From contig CBDUZI010000001.1 of NCBI GenBank assembly GCA_965371665.1, positions 9,411 to 73,410 of the forward strand: 64,000 nt of DNA, written 5' to 3'; not shown here. Below are more model-generated notes on this DNA. The model was not told the DNA's origin, searched no databases, and worked only from the letters and a program-made list of their open reading frames with translations. How positions within the stretch are numbered: the stretch's first letter is position 1. The stretch comes from an uncultured bacterium. Lineage in GTDB: Bacteria > Oederibacteriota > JAAXVQ01 > JAUVAV01.

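Noticed and set aside
25646-63904. Dozens of plus-strand ORFs antisense to the giant gene (e.g. 62509..63513 334 aa, 31375..32091 238 aa, 38392..38988 198 aa, 50507..51040 177 aa)
   Set aside because: These are shadow ORFs typical of the antisense strand of a long coding region. They have no recognisable motifs, odd compositions (Arg/Ser/Pro-rich or Ile/Phe-rich mirroring the sense codons) and no RBS.
25663-64000. Classifying the giant protein as NRPS/PKS, RTX/RHS toxin, or Ig-repeat adhesin
   Set aside because: I saw no condensation, adenylation or thiolation motifs, no KS/AT motifs, no GGxGxD nonapeptides and no YD repeats. There are no long arrays of near-identical Ig/cadherin repeats. 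The content is TM clusters plus heterogeneous enzyme domains.
1-64000. Prophage, integrative element or defence island interpretation
   Set aside because: No integrase, transposase, recombinase, phage structural, restriction-modification, toxin-antitoxin or nuclease motifs were recognised. All genes are envelope, transport or glycan-related.

Overview
All genes I can support in this 64-kb window lie on the minus strand. They form one co-directional array with short gaps or ATGA start/stop overlaps.

**Giant gene (25663-64000, about 60% of the window).** This is a single uninterrupted reading frame of 12,729 codons from the first GTG. The frame is still open at the right-hand window edge (12,778 codons visible), so the gene is 5'-truncated here. 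By eye the product is a giant multi-pass membrane mosaic protein. About 17 clusters of hydrophobic helices separate soluble blocks, which include:
- a full-length SecY-like channel (56.7-57.9 kb), followed in the same polypeptide by a full-length SecA-like ATPase (53.2-56.4 kb);
- a GT2-type glycosyltransferase and a possible GT-B domain;
- two GH5-like TIM-barrel blocks, one with and one apparently without the catalytic Glu pair;
- HExxH motifs and several internally duplicated units.

**Downstream (lower coordinates).** Two sugar-type ABC permeases are followed by a 0.9-kb AT-rich ORF-free gap. Thirteen genes for signal-peptide proteins follow:
- three small surface or fimbria-like proteins;
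- two pairs of a protein with a C-terminal FlgD-Ig/T9SS-type tail next to a PorV/FadL-like beta-barrel (one barrel is fused to OmpA);
- a 1204-aa outer-membrane protein;
- three small module-only proteins;
- a 1738-aa glycan-active-looking protein;
- a lipoprotein ABC solute-binding protein.

**Shared module.** A module of about 140 aa is shared by at least seven of these proteins, including the giant one (17 or more copies).

**Repeats.** Two families of intergenic repeat/hairpin elements punctuate the array.

**Not found.** I recognised no rRNA, tRNA, CRISPR, transposase or integrase.

**Limits.** All domain calls are by-eye motif comparisons from memory, not database searches. Sub-gene coordinates are approximate (+/- about 30 nt). 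The taxon is unknown. The diderm features plus a giant gene are reminiscent of uncultivated lineages such as Omnitrophota, but that is recollection only and cannot be verified here.
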